This document shows, piece by piece, positions 19,654 to 29,144 of a DNA stretch of 64,000 nt. A program made the position numbers and the translations under genes. Every line of letters begins with the position of its first letter. The stretch's first letter is position 1. The notes below the pieces were generated by a model, which had not been told where the DNA came from, ran no database searches, and worked only from the letters and a program-made list of their open reading frames with translations. The DNA is from an uncultured Planctomycetales bacterium (lineage in GTDB: Bacteria > Planctomycetota > UBA1135), in assembly GCA_964584805.1 (NCBI GenBank), contig CAZPAY010000007.1, positions 8,117-72,116 of the forward strand, in the 5' to 3' direction.

Positions 19654-20649
19654 ATGTTTCGTTTTCTTTTCGTCACTCTCCTCATCCTGACCACAGCTTG
19701 CGCATGTGGTCAGCCACAAGCAAATGGATCGGGCGAGTCGAGCGGCAATGGCGCGGCAAGTGCTATTGGCCAAAGCAACCCCGACCCTTCGGCGTTTGAT
19801 GAAACGCGGGCATTCAAAGATCTCGCTTATTTATGCGAAGAAATCGGCCCTAGGCGCATCGGCACAAAAGGCGCGCAAAAAACCCGTGATTGGCTCCAAG
19901 CTCAAATCGAGCCCCACGGCTGGGAAGTCACCACCGATTCTTTCGAGGCAACACCTCCACCCGGCGCGCGGCGCAAAAAGACGGCGCAAGGGGCCAATGT
20001 TTTCGCCACCCGAAAAGGGACGCTCCCTGGTGAAATCTGGATTGCCGGGCATTACGATACTTTTGACTTACCCGGTTTTGTGGGCGCAAATGACGCCGGT
20101 TCATCGACGGCCATTTTGGTTGAACTCGCCCGACAACTAGGCGGCGAGGGCCCTCGCCAAGGCTATTCCATCGTGCTCGCCTTTTTCGATGGCGAAGAGC
20201 GGTTCCCACCCAATCCCTGGGACGACTTCACGAATTCCACTTTCGGCAGCCGCTATGCCGTTGAAGTACGCAAAGAATCGGGTGCGATTGAAGACATCAA
20301 GGCTTTTGTTTTGCTCGACATGGTCGGTGATATCGATTTAAATCTTTATCTTGAGTCGTCATCCGCGAGTTGGCTGGTTGCCCTCATGGAGCGCACCGCC
20401 CACAAACTCGGCGACCCCCGGCTTTTCGTTGGCCGCCGCGAAATCAAAGACGACCACATTCACTTTCGCAAAGCCAAAGTGCCGTGCATCAATTTAATTG
20501 ATTTCCAATACGGCCCAGGGCATCGATGGTGGCACACGCGCGATGACGATATGAGCCATGTCAGTGCCGAATCACTCGGCCGCGTCGGTCGTTTGGTTTT
20601 GGCCGCGATGCCCGAGTTGGAAGAGTTGGTGAAACGGCGCGACAAGTAG
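19654..20649 (+). CDS. M28 family peptidase / glutaminyl cyclase-like lipoprotein
   Basis: Lipobox-like ACAC; GHYDT, GANDAGS, FFDGEE, LLDMVG, DDH, WHT..D. Confidence 0.85.
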   Translation: MFRFLFVTLLILTTACACGQPQANGSGESSGNGAASAIGQSNPDPSAFDETRAFKDLAYLCEEIGPRRIGTKGAQKTRDWLQAQIEPHGWEVTTDSFEATPPPGARRKKTAQGANVFATRKGTLPGEIWIAGHYDTFDLPGFVGANDAGSSTAILVELARQLGGEGPRQGYSIVLAFFDGEERFPPNPWDDFTNSTFGSRYAVEVRKESGAIEDIKAFVLLDMVGDIDLNLYLESSSASWLVALMERTAHKLGDPRLFVGRREIKDDHIHFRKAKVPCINLIDFQYGPGHRWWHTRDDDMSHVSAESLGRVGRLVLAAMPELEELVKRRDK

Positions 20650-20659
20650 CGCGCCAGCC

Positions 20660-20872
20660 TTACTCCTTCAGAGAAAAAACCTCATCCACGCTTTTCTCGA
20701 AGCGTTGAGCAATTTTAAAGGCCAACGCTAAAGAAGGCGCATACCGCTCTTGTTCGAGCAAAACGATTGTTTGACGCGTGCACCCCACCGCCTCGGCAAG
20801 CGCGGCCTGAGTCAATTCGCCATGCTCAAATCGAAGCCGCCGAATGCAATTTTCGATTTTAGCCTTGGCCAT
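20660..20872 (-). CDS. XRE-family helix-turn-helix transcriptional regulator
   Basis: LTQAALAEAVGCTRQTIVLLE..RYAPSLALAFKIA..F...VDEVF. Confidence 0.9.
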   Translation of the reverse strand: MAKAKIENCIRRLRFEHGELTQAALAEAVGCTRQTIVLLEQERYAPSLALAFKIAQRFEKSVDEVFSLKE

Positions 20873-20968
20873 GAATATCGCCCATGCGGTAACTCAGAAG
20901 CACACCTAAAAACCAAATCCGAGGCCGAGCAATGCCCAAGGGAAACTTGTAGATGCAGCATTTTCCAT
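20859..20968 (-). pseudogene. Small hydrophobic ORF upstream of the XRE gene, apparently frameshifted in a T5 tract
   Basis: ATG at 20968 gives MENAASTSFPWALLGLGFGF then a stop. One extra T would continue LGVLLSYRMGDIHGQG* and overlap the XRE start. Confidence 0.4.
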
Positions 20969-20979
20969 ACCCACATTTA

Positions 20980-20997
20980 TGTAATATTTTTCTTACA
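20980..20997. promoter_or_regulatory. Inverted repeat TGTAA-N8-TTACA, candidate XRE operator
   Basis: tgtaatatttttcttaca lies in an AT-rich patch about 12 bp upstream of the micro-ORF/XRE unit. Confidence 0.5.
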
Positions 20998-21019
20998 CAA
21001 TGACAGATTTTTACGACTT

Positions 21020-21516
21020 TTACGATTTCTTCACAAACTGCGTCAAAATCACGATGAGTTGGCCGCTGATACGCCCCTCAATATGCTCTGCGTTATCAGC
21101 AACGAGACGGATATTCCGCACCGCTGTACCGCGCTTAGCCGTAAAGCCACCACCTTTCACATTGAGGTCTTTGATTCAGCGGAAGCCCAGCCTTGTGTTT
21201 CGTCGTCGAGATACAACATGTCGAGCAAAGCCTGCGGCCAATCTTCCGTGGCAGCAAGATGATTCAGCACGCGCCATACCAAAACTTGGACGGCAGAAAT
21301 ATCTGACCACATGCTGTCATTGAGGCAACGCCAATGATTGGCATCGATACGAGCCGGGTCAGCGAGTTGGGCCACACAGCTGGTGCAAGCCAAAACGAAC
21401 TCATCCGCCGAATCACCTGGTTTCGGTCCAACGGCAAAAGCAGTCAAGCCGTCGGACGCTGCGCACAACTCACACTGTGAATTCGCGCGTTGATTTAGGG
21501 TGTTGAGCAACTCCAT
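21020..21516 (-). pseudogene. PhnA/YjdM-family protein gene with an internal deletion and frameshift
   Basis: The N-terminal half (CELC...HWRCLNDSMWS...QALLDMLYLD) stops at 21157. The PhnA C-terminal domain (IKDLNVKGGGFTAKRGTAVRNIRL...IEGR...ILTQFVKKS*) follows in another frame to 21020. The usual linker is absent. Confidence 0.8.
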
Positions 21517-21544
21517 GATTGGAGGTTTTATAGCATCGAAGTGT

Positions 21545-22006
21545 TTAGTCGACTGGCCCAAGCAAAGTCGCAATCAGCTCTTGAGCTTGTTTTTCCGTGA
21601 AGCCGTATTGGCCGTAGGAGATCAAGCCAACGCCCGGTAACCGCGAATGGACAATGGGGGCAGCCAAAAGCTCACCATCAACAAAAACGGCCATTTTTTT
21701 ACCGATAGCGGCCTCGGTCAAATCGGAATAAGCCCTGACTTGAGATTCCGCGACCTCAAAAGAAATCACTCGTTCATCGTTCACACCCGTTGACTCACCC
21801 GCATAAGAAATGTAAAAAAAATGAGGCTCGCCAAAATGGGCTTTCTGCGCATAGCCGCCAACACCCTCCCACAAAAAAAGCTCGCCCTCGGACTCATCGC
21901 ACTCGATGCGTACTTCAAGCGGGCCAGGACCAAGATCAACGCGTTGGCAACTCAGCGCAAGAGCCATGATCATCACAACAAAAGCAGGCCGACGACTAAA
22001 CATCAC
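21545..22006 (-). CDS. Lipoprotein with a stand-alone SecDF P1-head-like domain
   Basis: Lipobox ALSC; [24 protein letters not shown]...I...FTEKQAQEL resembles the SecD periplasmic head. There is no TM core. Confidence 0.65.
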   Translation of the reverse strand: MMFSRRPAFVVMIMALALSCQRVDLGPGPLEVRIECDESEGELFLWEGVGGYAQKAHFGEPHFFYISYAGESTGVNDERVISFEVAESQVRAYSDLTEAAIGKKMAVFVDGELLAAPIVHSRLPGVGLISYGQYGFTEKQAQELIATLLGPVD

Positions 22007-23141
22007 TAGAAAGCTTAACGACCTTAATCTTGTTCTTCAGCAACTTCTCAATCGCCCGGAGCAGTTTCTGCTCTTCTTCGGAAACAAGCGAAACGGCATG
22101 ACCTGGCTGCCCCGCGCGCCCCGTACGCCCAATCCTATGCACATAATCTTCGGGCACATGCGGCAAATCATAATTTACGACATGCGGCAATTGCTCGATA
22201 TCAAGCCCACGCGCGGCAATATCCGTAGCGACTAAAACGCGCGCTCTGTCATTTTTAAAATCGGCTAGTGCGCGTGTGCGTGCGGCTTGTGACTTATTCC
22301 CGTGAATCGCAAGTGCGGAAATTCCAGCGTTTTCAAGCTGCTTTGCTAAGCGATTCGCACCATGTTTGGTGCGCGCAAAAACCAAGACTTTCTTCCATTT
22401 GCCCTCACGAATGATATGCACCAGCAAGGCCTTCTTTTTCAACTTTTCAACGTAGTGCACAACCTGAGAAACCTTAGCCGCTGTGGCATTTCGTTTGGCG
22501 ACTTGTACTTCAACGGGTTGATCTAAAAACTCGTCCGCCAATTTGCGTATTTCACGCGAAAAAGTAGCTGAGAAAAGCAAGTTTTGCCGACGCTCCGGCA
22601 AAGCATTCATGATCTTCTTAATATCACGAATAAAGCCCATATCTAACATGCGGTCGGCCTCATCCAAAACCAGAGTATCAACCTGATCCAATCGAATATT
22701 TTTCTGATAAATATGATCGAGCAAACGCCCTGGAGTCGCCACCACAATATCAACCCCAGATTTCAGGCGCGCGGTTTGCGGGTTGATGTTTACCCCGCCA
22801 AAAATCACCATCGAGTGCAATTTCAAAAACCGACCATAGATTCTCACACTATCTTGCACCTGCGCCGCCAACTCACGCGTTGGCACCAAAATCAAAACAC
22901 GCACCACACGACGGCGACCTTGCGTTGGGTTAACTTGCATCCGCTGCAAAATCGGCAACACAAAGCCTGCGGTCTTACCTGTGCCCGTCTGTGCCCCCGC
23001 CAACAAATCATGGCCGTCTAGCACAACCGGAATCGCATCACACTGAACCGGTGTCGGCTTGCTGTAACCCTGCCCCTTGACGGCATCGAGCAATTCGCGC
23101 GACAAGCCCAACTGATCAAAATTCACAACTTTGTTTTTCAT
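21996..23141 (-). CDS. rhlE: DEAD-box ATP-dependent RNA helicase (RhlE-like)
   Basis: Motifs [41 protein letters not shown]. Confidence 0.92.
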   Translation of the reverse strand: MKNKVVNFDQLGLSRELLDAVKGQGYSKPTPVQCDAIPVVLDGHDLLAGAQTGTGKTAGFVLPILQRMQVNPTQGRRRVVRVLILVPTRELAAQVQDSVRIYGRFLKLHSMVIFGGVNINPQTARLKSGVDIVVATPGRLLDHIYQKNIRLDQVDTLVLDEADRMLDMGFIRDIKKIMNALPERRQNLLFSATFSREIRKLADEFLDQPVEVQVAKRNATAAKVSQVVHYVEKLKKKALLVHIIREGKWKKVLVFARTKHGANRLAKQLENAGISALAIHGNKSQAARTRALADFKNDRARVLVATDIAARGLDIEQLPHVVNYDLPHVPEDYVHRIGRTGRAGQPGHAVSLVSEEEQKLLRAIEKLLKNKIKVVKLSSDV

Positions 23142-23203
23142 CTTTTAATACGCAAACTGCACACGGCACAATGCCGCGGCGAAGCCCTACGGTTGGGCGT
23201 CGG

Positions 23204-26200
23204 CTAGGCCCCCGATTCAATTTCGAGATCACTTACAACTTCACGCACACCACGAGCCGCAGGATCGGTCAGATTGTTTTGCACCACAACCTTACGCACA
23301 ACAGGAGTCGCGCCGTCGAAGTCGGTCTTTTCAAAACCACCCTCAGGTAGCTTCTCAAGATCAACGCTCACGACCATCGACTGACCGCGCTTACGCATGG
23401 TCACGCCAAATAGACGCTCACAGTGTGACATCGTGATGCGGTTGTGCGTCACGACCATAAACTGAGTCGTGCCTTTGAAGTCATTCAAGACATCCAAGAA
23501 ACGCTCAACATTGGCATCATCAAGTGCTGCGTCAACCTCATCCAGCAAACAAAACGGGCTCGGGCGAGATTGAAAGACAGCCAACAACAGCGCCAAAGCC
23601 GTCAAGGTGCGTTCGCCACCAGACAGCAAATTGATCGAGCGCAACTCTTTACCCGGAGGGCGCACCGAAATTTCGATGCCCGCATCAAGTGGGTCTTCCC
23701 CTTCGGCGAGCTTCAATTCAGCTTTACCGCCGCGGAACAAGCGCCGGAAGATGTGTTCGAACTGCCCCGTGACCTTGTTGTAGGTCTCTAAGAAGCGGTC
23801 GCGACATTTTGTATCGAGATCAGCAATCGTTTCTTCAAGGCTCAATCGCGAGGTTGTCAAGTCATCGCGCTCGCCAATCAAAAACTGCTCACGCTCTTGG
23901 CGCTCTTCCAGCTCTTTCACGGCATCGAGGTTGACCGAACCAATACGATCAATCTTAGTACGCAATTCGACTAACTCAACACGCATGGCTTCCGGCTCAA
24001 GCCCCTCGGGCACAGGCGCGGTTGGATCAATCCCAAGCGTGCGCGCCAATTCTTCCACCGGCTGATGAAACTCATCAATCACGCCACGCACTAATTCTTC
24101 GCGGCGCATCTGCGCGCGCTGCATCCCGAGTGCCTTTCCTTGACGGTCGCCCATCAACCTTTCAATCACACCTTCATCACCTGATCGACTGCGCCGCTCT
24201 TCTTGGACGGCATCGCTTGCGCGCGACCACTGCGTCTCGGCTTCGCCGCAACGCTCGTCAAGTCCACCACGCCGGTCCAAAAGAGCAGTGCGCTCTTCTC
24301 GCGCCGTGGCAGCTTCAGCGCGCAATGATTCTGCACGAGCAACCAGCTCGCCGATTTCGGTTTCAAGACTTTGGCGTTCGGTAGAGAACCGCTCCGCCTC
24401 TTGGCGGAAATCTGCAATACGCTCTTCTGCATGAGCCGTAGCCTGCATCACGCGCGCATGCTCGCCGCGCGCCTCTTGGAAGCTCTGACTCGCCGACTCA
24501 TAAGAACCCTCGCAGGCAGCCTGCTTGCCGCCGTAACCCTCAAGGCGCTCATTTCGCTCAAGGCGTAAAGCCTCTGCAGCATCTCGAGCGGCCGTGTGCT
24601 GTGCCTCTTCCGTGACGGCCTCATCAAGTGCAACACGCAAGCGATCCGCTTCACCATCAAGTGCCGCCGCCTCTTCCGATGCACGGGCCACCCTATGACG
24701 GACGCCCTGCGCTTGAGCAGAAGTTTGCTCAAATGTCGAGACGGATTCACGCAACACCTTATCCGTTGATGAACGCTGCGTTTGAGCTTCCGTCAAAGCC
24801 GCCGTTGCCGTAGCCTCTAGAGCCTCAACTCGCTCAAGCTCAATTTGAGCCGATTCGTTTTCGCGACCAGCTTGCTCAAGAGCATTACGACGAGCCAAGA
24901 CACCCGTCGCCTCTTCGGCGAGCAGACCCACACGCGCCCAACCGCGACCATGGATTTCGCCATCAGCCGACAAGAACAGAGCCGTGGGACTCTCGCCCGC
25001 AAGAGCTGCAGCACGGGTGCCATGTTCCACGCACCAAATGTTGCCCAAGCGTGCAGACAAGGCCTCGCAACGAGTCGCATCACCGGTGAGATGGCTGCGC
25101 AGCGCAGTTGCCCCCTCTGGCGCATCCATTGCAGGGGTATCTCCCTCAACGGGGAAAAATAAATCAAAGACGCCATCATCTAGATCTTGGCGACGCTGCC
25201 GGCCATCCGCCCAAAGCCCGTGTTGCAAACGACCGAGCAAATTTTCAACCAAGCGATCCCAGGGTGCCGGAACGCGGACGCCATCGAGCAAGAGCCCCGA
25301 AAAGCCTTCTGCGCCAGATTCGAGTAGTTTGCGCACTTTCTCTGGAGTGCCGTGCCCCTCGTCATCTACAGAGGCTAATGCATTGAAACGCGCCTTGGAA
25401 CTAGCGGAAGTCTGCCGCGCCATGCGAGCGGCATCGGTGAATCCCTGCGCCTCGGCGCTGAGTCGCTCAACCTCGGAGACCGCTTGATTGTGCGCGCCTT
25501 GCGCGGATGTGCGTGCCGCCTCAGCATCAGCCAAGGCTTGCTCTGTTTGCTCCGACTCAAGCTGAAGCGGAGTGTGTTCTTCTTTCAAATGCTGGCGACG
25601 GCGGTCGAGTGCCTGCATCGCGCCCTGTGCTTCCGAACGCGCACGCGCAGCCTCGGCCATCAAATTGTTGTGCGTGGTGCGCTCGCCCAAAGCCTCAAGC
25701 ACGCTCTTGCGCAATTCTTCCAACTCACCCATCAAGGCGCGGCGAGCATCGCGCGCAACCGTAAAGGCCTCTTCCGCTTCTTTCAGACCTGCGTCAGCTT
25801 GTTCGCGGCGCGCGCTCAATGCGGCGACCTCTTCACGGACGCCTTCTGCGGATTCTTCACGACGGCCACGCTCGGCAACCATGCTCGTTAAGCGCTGACG
25901 GTCGCGCTCAAGGCGTGATTCCGACTCACTCGCGCGTGTTTCCAAACCGTGGACACGCTCTTCCAAACCGGCAACTTCAGCACGCAAACCGGCCGACTCA
26001 CCGCGGAGCGACTCATAACGCTCGCGCAGAGTCGTTTCTTCCGATTCCAGTTCAGCCAAACGAGCGGCCGCACTTTCACGATCACTACGCAGGGCTTCAA
26101 TTTGTCGATCAAGTGTGGCGGTTTGCCCGCGTAACTCGCGCTCACTGCCCGCGAGCTCACCCGTTTCGAGCAGAGCAGAACGCACCCGCAACTCGCGATA

Positions 26201-26863
26201 GCGATCGCGGAACTCCAAAAAGCGGCGCGCTTTACCCGCTTGGATTTTCAAAGAACGCACCGAGCGAGAAACTTCTTCGAGCACATCTTCGACACGCGAC
26301 AAATCGAGCTCAACACGATTGAGTTTCAAACGAGCTTCATGTTTGCGCGCTTTGTATTTGGATATGCCCGCAGCCTCTTCGAACACGCTGCGGCGCTCGG
26401 CAGGGTTAGCGGCCAATACAGCATCAATCTTGCCCTGAGCCAGCACCATGTAACCACGCACACCCAAGCCAGTGTCCATCAGCAAATCTTTGACATCTTT
26501 GCGACGCACCTTGCGGCCATTAAGCAAAAACTCAGCATCGCCCGTTGAGAAGAGTCGGCGCCCCACCGAAACTTCACCACCTGGCTCAGCAATTTTGCCC
26601 TCTTCGTCGCCAAGAATAATTTCGACCATCGCATAAGGCGCGGCCGTGCGACCCTCAGCGCCCTTAAAAATCACATCTTCCATCGCGTCGGCGCGCAGAG
26701 CTTTTGAAGAGCGCTCGCCCATCACCCACATCAGGGCATCGACAACATTGGATTTGCCGCAGCCATTGGGGCCCACAACCCCTGTGAGCCCGCGGTCAAC
26801 GGGGATAACGGTACGGTCGGCGAACGACTTAAAACCTTCGAGTTCGATGCGTTTAAGAAACAT
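23204..26863 (-). CDS. smc: Chromosome segregation protein SMC
   Basis: GFKSFAD, GPNGCGKSN, long coiled coils around a hinge, LSGGE, LDEVDAALD, VTH. Confidence 0.97.
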   Translation of the reverse strand: MFLKRIELEGFKSFADRTVIPVDRGLTGVVGPNGCGKSNVVDALMWVMGERSSKALRADAMEDVIFKGAEGRTAAPYAMVEIILGDEEGKIAEPGGEVSVGRRLFSTGDAEFLLNGRKVRRKDVKDLLMDTGLGVRGYMVLAQGKIDAVLAANPAERRSVFEEAAGISKYKARKHEARLKLNRVELDLSRVEDVLEEVSRSVRSLKIQAGKARRFLEFRDRYRELRVRSALLETGELAGSERELRGQTATLDRQIEALRSDRESAAARLAELESEETTLRERYESLRGESAGLRAEVAGLEERVHGLETRASESESRLERDRQRLTSMVAERGRREESAEGVREEVAALSARREQADAGLKEAEEAFTVARDARRALMGELEELRKSVLEALGERTTHNNLMAEAARARSEAQGAMQALDRRRQHLKEEHTPLQLESEQTEQALADAEAARTSAQGAHNQAVSEVERLSAEAQGFTDAARMARQTSASSKARFNALASVDDEGHGTPEKVRKLLESGAEGFSGLLLDGVRVPAPWDRLVENLLGRLQHGLWADGRQRRQDLDDGVFDLFFPVEGDTPAMDAPEGATALRSHLTGDATRCEALSARLGNIWCVEHGTRAAALAGESPTALFLSADGEIHGRGWARVGLLAEEATGVLARRNALEQAGRENESAQIELERVEALEATATAALTEAQTQRSSTDKVLRESVSTFEQTSAQAQGVRHRVARASEEAAALDGEADRLRVALDEAVTEEAQHTAARDAAEALRLERNERLEGYGGKQAACEGSYESASQSFQEARGEHARVMQATAHAEERIADFRQEAERFSTERQSLETEIGELVARAESLRAEAATAREERTALLDRRGGLDERCGEAETQWSRASDAVQEERRSRSGDEGVIERLMGDRQGKALGMQRAQMRREELVRGVIDEFHQPVEELARTLGIDPTAPVPEGLEPEAMRVELVELRTKIDRIGSVNLDAVKELEERQEREQFLIGERDDLTTSRLSLEETIADLDTKCRDRFLETYNKVTGQFEHIFRRLFRGGKAELKLAEGEDPLDAGIEISVRPPGKELRSINLLSGGERTLTALALLLAVFQSRPSPFCLLDEVDAALDDANVERFLDVLNDFKGTTQFMVVTHNRITMSHCERLFGVTMRKRGQSMVVSVDLEKLPEGGFEKTDFDGATPVVRKVVVQNNLTDPAARGVREVVSDLEIESGA

Positions 26864-26877
26864 GTTTGGGGGCGAGG

Positions 26878-28584
26878 TTAAGAATCGGCGCGCCGCGATT
26901 GAGGGAGGCAGCGGGCGAGTGTGTCGCTAGACATAGAGTGCGCCGGCGCAGCAGCAAATTCCAGCCACGGAGTGACATCAAAATCGGCAACGGTCGGCAC
27001 AGCGGAGGAAGAATCGAGTCGCCAGCCACAAGAATAGCTAGAACAACCCGGCAAAGCGTCAGCCTCAGCAAGGCGAACACCGGTCGCCTCAGAGTGAGGC
27101 GGGTAAGCATGCTCAGGAATCAGCCCGACCTCGCGCGCAGCCCGGTCAAACATTGAGCGGATGTTGAGCACAAAGCGACGGCCGCGATCAGCATTAACGG
27201 GCGTATCCGGACGCAACTGATGCCAAGCCTCAGTAAGCCCGGCCGGCAGCAAACAAACCGTCGCACGAGGGCCGTGGCCTGCGCGCTCCGCCAATCGATG
27301 GACAGCGCCCGCCGCCAAAGTTGCCGTCTCAAAGAGCGCATCGCGGAAGGCATTATCTGCCCACGCGCCCGCTTGAATCGCCAGTTGAGCAAGATTGATA
27401 ACCGCAAAGCCATCGAGCTGTCGGTGCGCCAAAGTCGAGGCGGATGGCATCTTAGCCGGTGGTTGCCAAGTTAAAACCGTGTGATTGAGGGCGGCCAACT
27501 TTTGAGCAAATTGAGGTTCAGTCAGCTCAAGGCCAGAAAACGCCGCTGCACTCATGCGATGCATGCGCCCAGACTTGGCCCAATCAAGCGCCAGTTGCGG
27601 GTCAGTGGTCGCCAAACGAAGCCGGCTCGTTGAGTCGGTCAGCCAATCAGGAGCCGTACGCGAAAGCTCACTCGCTTGAGATTCAGGATCACCTTGGTTC
27701 CGCTGACCAGGCCAGAAAACTTGAACCTCGGCAGCTTTTTGCCTAGCAGCAGAAACACGACGCCAGAAAGCTAGCTCACTCTCTTCTGGCTCAGGATGCA
27801 AACGCACGCGTGCCGCTCGCATCCAGTCATTGAGACGCGGAAGTGCGAACGCTCCCGCCGCCAAAGCTTCAGATTCAGGCGGAGTCAAAATCTCATCAAG
27901 CGCAAAACGCGCCAAGATTTCACCGCCCAACATGGGGCGCGTATCGGTGCCTTCCGGGCTCATTGCTGGCATCGGGCCGCCTGCGCCCTCAAGAGGCAAA
28001 CAGTCGCCACTCAACCATGCGCGCAAATGACGGCGCTCAAGTCCCACGCGCGGATCGCCCATTGGCTCCGCGGGTAAGCCCAAGGCGCGGCACTCATTGT
28101 CGGCGCATGCGGCAACAAAACGAGCCGTCAAATGCAACCAATTGCCGGCGGCGATACGGCGCTCAACTTTGCAAGCCACATCACGAGCCACCCCGCGCTC
28201 AAGGAATCGGTCTCGCACGAGGGCCAAGCCCAAACGCTCGCGGTCCCAAGGCAATGACTCGGGCCGAGCGCCTGCGACGGTGTGCACTCGCAAACGAGAA
28301 ACAGCAAATCGGCGCGCGCGACGGAAAGCGACGAAGGCATCCGCTGCCCGCGCATCAAGCGCACGCAATTCGTATTCAAGTGCGACGGACAAATCGGCGG
28401 TATCGACCATCTCGCGAGAATCCATGGGTGCATTCGCCCACGCCTCGGCGGCCATCAAAGAAGTCGCAACGCCGCTCAAGCCAACACTGGCCAAAGCCAA
28501 TTCAGCGGACTCAGCGAGCTTGAAAGTGTCAAAGCCCTGCTCGAAGCCGTCGCGCTTACGAACCCGAGCCGTCGCTATCGCCAT
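26878..28584 (-). CDS. ATP-cone-containing protein resembling a degenerate class III ribonucleotide reductase (NrdD-like, catalytic motifs missing)
   Basis: N-terminal VRKRDG..QGFD..KL ATP cone; a second cone-like region PWDRERL...VERRI; NrdD-like blocks [11 protein letters not shown]...[34 protein letters not shown]. No RxxGY and no C-terminal CxxC pairs. Confidence 0.65.
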   Translation of the reverse strand: MAIATARVRKRDGFEQGFDTFKLAESAELALASVGLSGVATSLMAAEAWANAPMDSREMVDTADLSVALEYELRALDARAADAFVAFRRARRFAVSRLRVHTVAGARPESLPWDRERLGLALVRDRFLERGVARDVACKVERRIAAGNWLHLTARFVAACADNECRALGLPAEPMGDPRVGLERRHLRAWLSGDCLPLEGAGGPMPAMSPEGTDTRPMLGGEILARFALDEILTPPESEALAAGAFALPRLNDWMRAARVRLHPEPEESELAFWRRVSAARQKAAEVQVFWPGQRNQGDPESQASELSRTAPDWLTDSTSRLRLATTDPQLALDWAKSGRMHRMSAAAFSGLELTEPQFAQKLAALNHTVLTWQPPAKMPSASTLAHRQLDGFAVINLAQLAIQAGAWADNAFRDALFETATLAAGAVHRLAERAGHGPRATVCLLPAGLTEAWHQLRPDTPVNADRGRRFVLNIRSMFDRAAREVGLIPEHAYPPHSEATGVRLAEADALPGCSSYSCGWRLDSSSAVPTVADFDVTPWLEFAAAPAHSMSSDTLARCLPQSRRADS

Positions 28585-29044
28585 AAGGCATCTTGCCCTC
28601 TAGAAAGGGCTTGAGCTCACTGATGAACTGGCCGACATCTTTGAACTCGCGATAAACGGAGGCAAAGCGGACATAAGCCACTTGGTCGAGGCCCTTGAGC
28701 TCGTCCATGACAAGCTGGCCAATGTATTTACTGCCCACCTCATGCTCAAACATCTCTGCCAATTTGCGCTCGATGCGAGAAGTGATTTCTTCAAGCGATT
28801 CAAGCGAAACGGGGCGTTTTTCACATGATTTCAACATGCCTTTTAGAATGCTGCCACGGTCGAACGGCACGCGTGAGCCATCTTTTTTGACGACCCGCAG
28901 AGGCGTTTCTTCCATGCGCTCGTAAGTGGTAAATCGACGCGAGCAATCCATGCATTCGCGGCGACGGCGAATCGAAAAAGCATCAGCCGCGGCACGAGAA
29001 TCAATGACGCGGTCGTTATCTTGTTTGCAGAAGGGGCAACGCAT
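28556..29044 (-). CDS. nrdR: Transcriptional repressor NrdR
   Basis: MRCPFC...VIDSR...[21 protein letters not shown] cone [16 protein letters not shown]. Start trimmed to MRCPFC. Confidence 0.97.
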   Translation of the reverse strand: MRCPFCKQDNDRVIDSRAAADAFSIRRRRECMDCSRRFTTYERMEETPLRVVKKDGSRVPFDRGSILKGMLKSCEKRPVSLESLEEITSRIERKLAEMFEHEVGSKYIGQLVMDELKGLDQVAYVRFASVYREFKDVGQFISELKPFLEGKMPYGDSDGSGS

Positions 29045-29084
29045 GGCAGTAATACGGGGAGGTCTACCCCGTGAACCCGCAAAA

Positions 29085-29104
29085 TACCACAATACCTAGT
29101 GGTA
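29085..29104. promoter_or_regulatory. NrdR-box-like palindrome upstream of nrdR
   Basis: TACCAC-AATACCTA-GTGGTA. The core ccaCAAtAccTAGtgg (29087-29102) matches the NrdR-box consensus acaCwAtATaTwGtgt at 12 of 16 positions, about 40 bp from the nrdR start. Confidence 0.68.
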
Positions 29105-29144
29105 AGGCAAGAACGAACCGCAAGAACTCGCATTGCGACTTCCT

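Noticed and set aside
21157-21159. TGA ending the phnA N-terminal ORF as a possible selenocysteine codon (selB is present)
   Set aside because: The downstream homology continues in a different frame, so readthrough would not restore the protein. A deletion explains it.
20750-21323. Plus-strand ORFs of 170 aa and 107 aa
   Set aside because: They are antisense to the XRE gene and the phnA fragments and carry no recognisable motifs.
23900-26200. Repetitive-looking sequence inside smc
   Set aside because: It reflects coiled-coil Ala/Glu/Arg codon bias, not a DNA repeat array.
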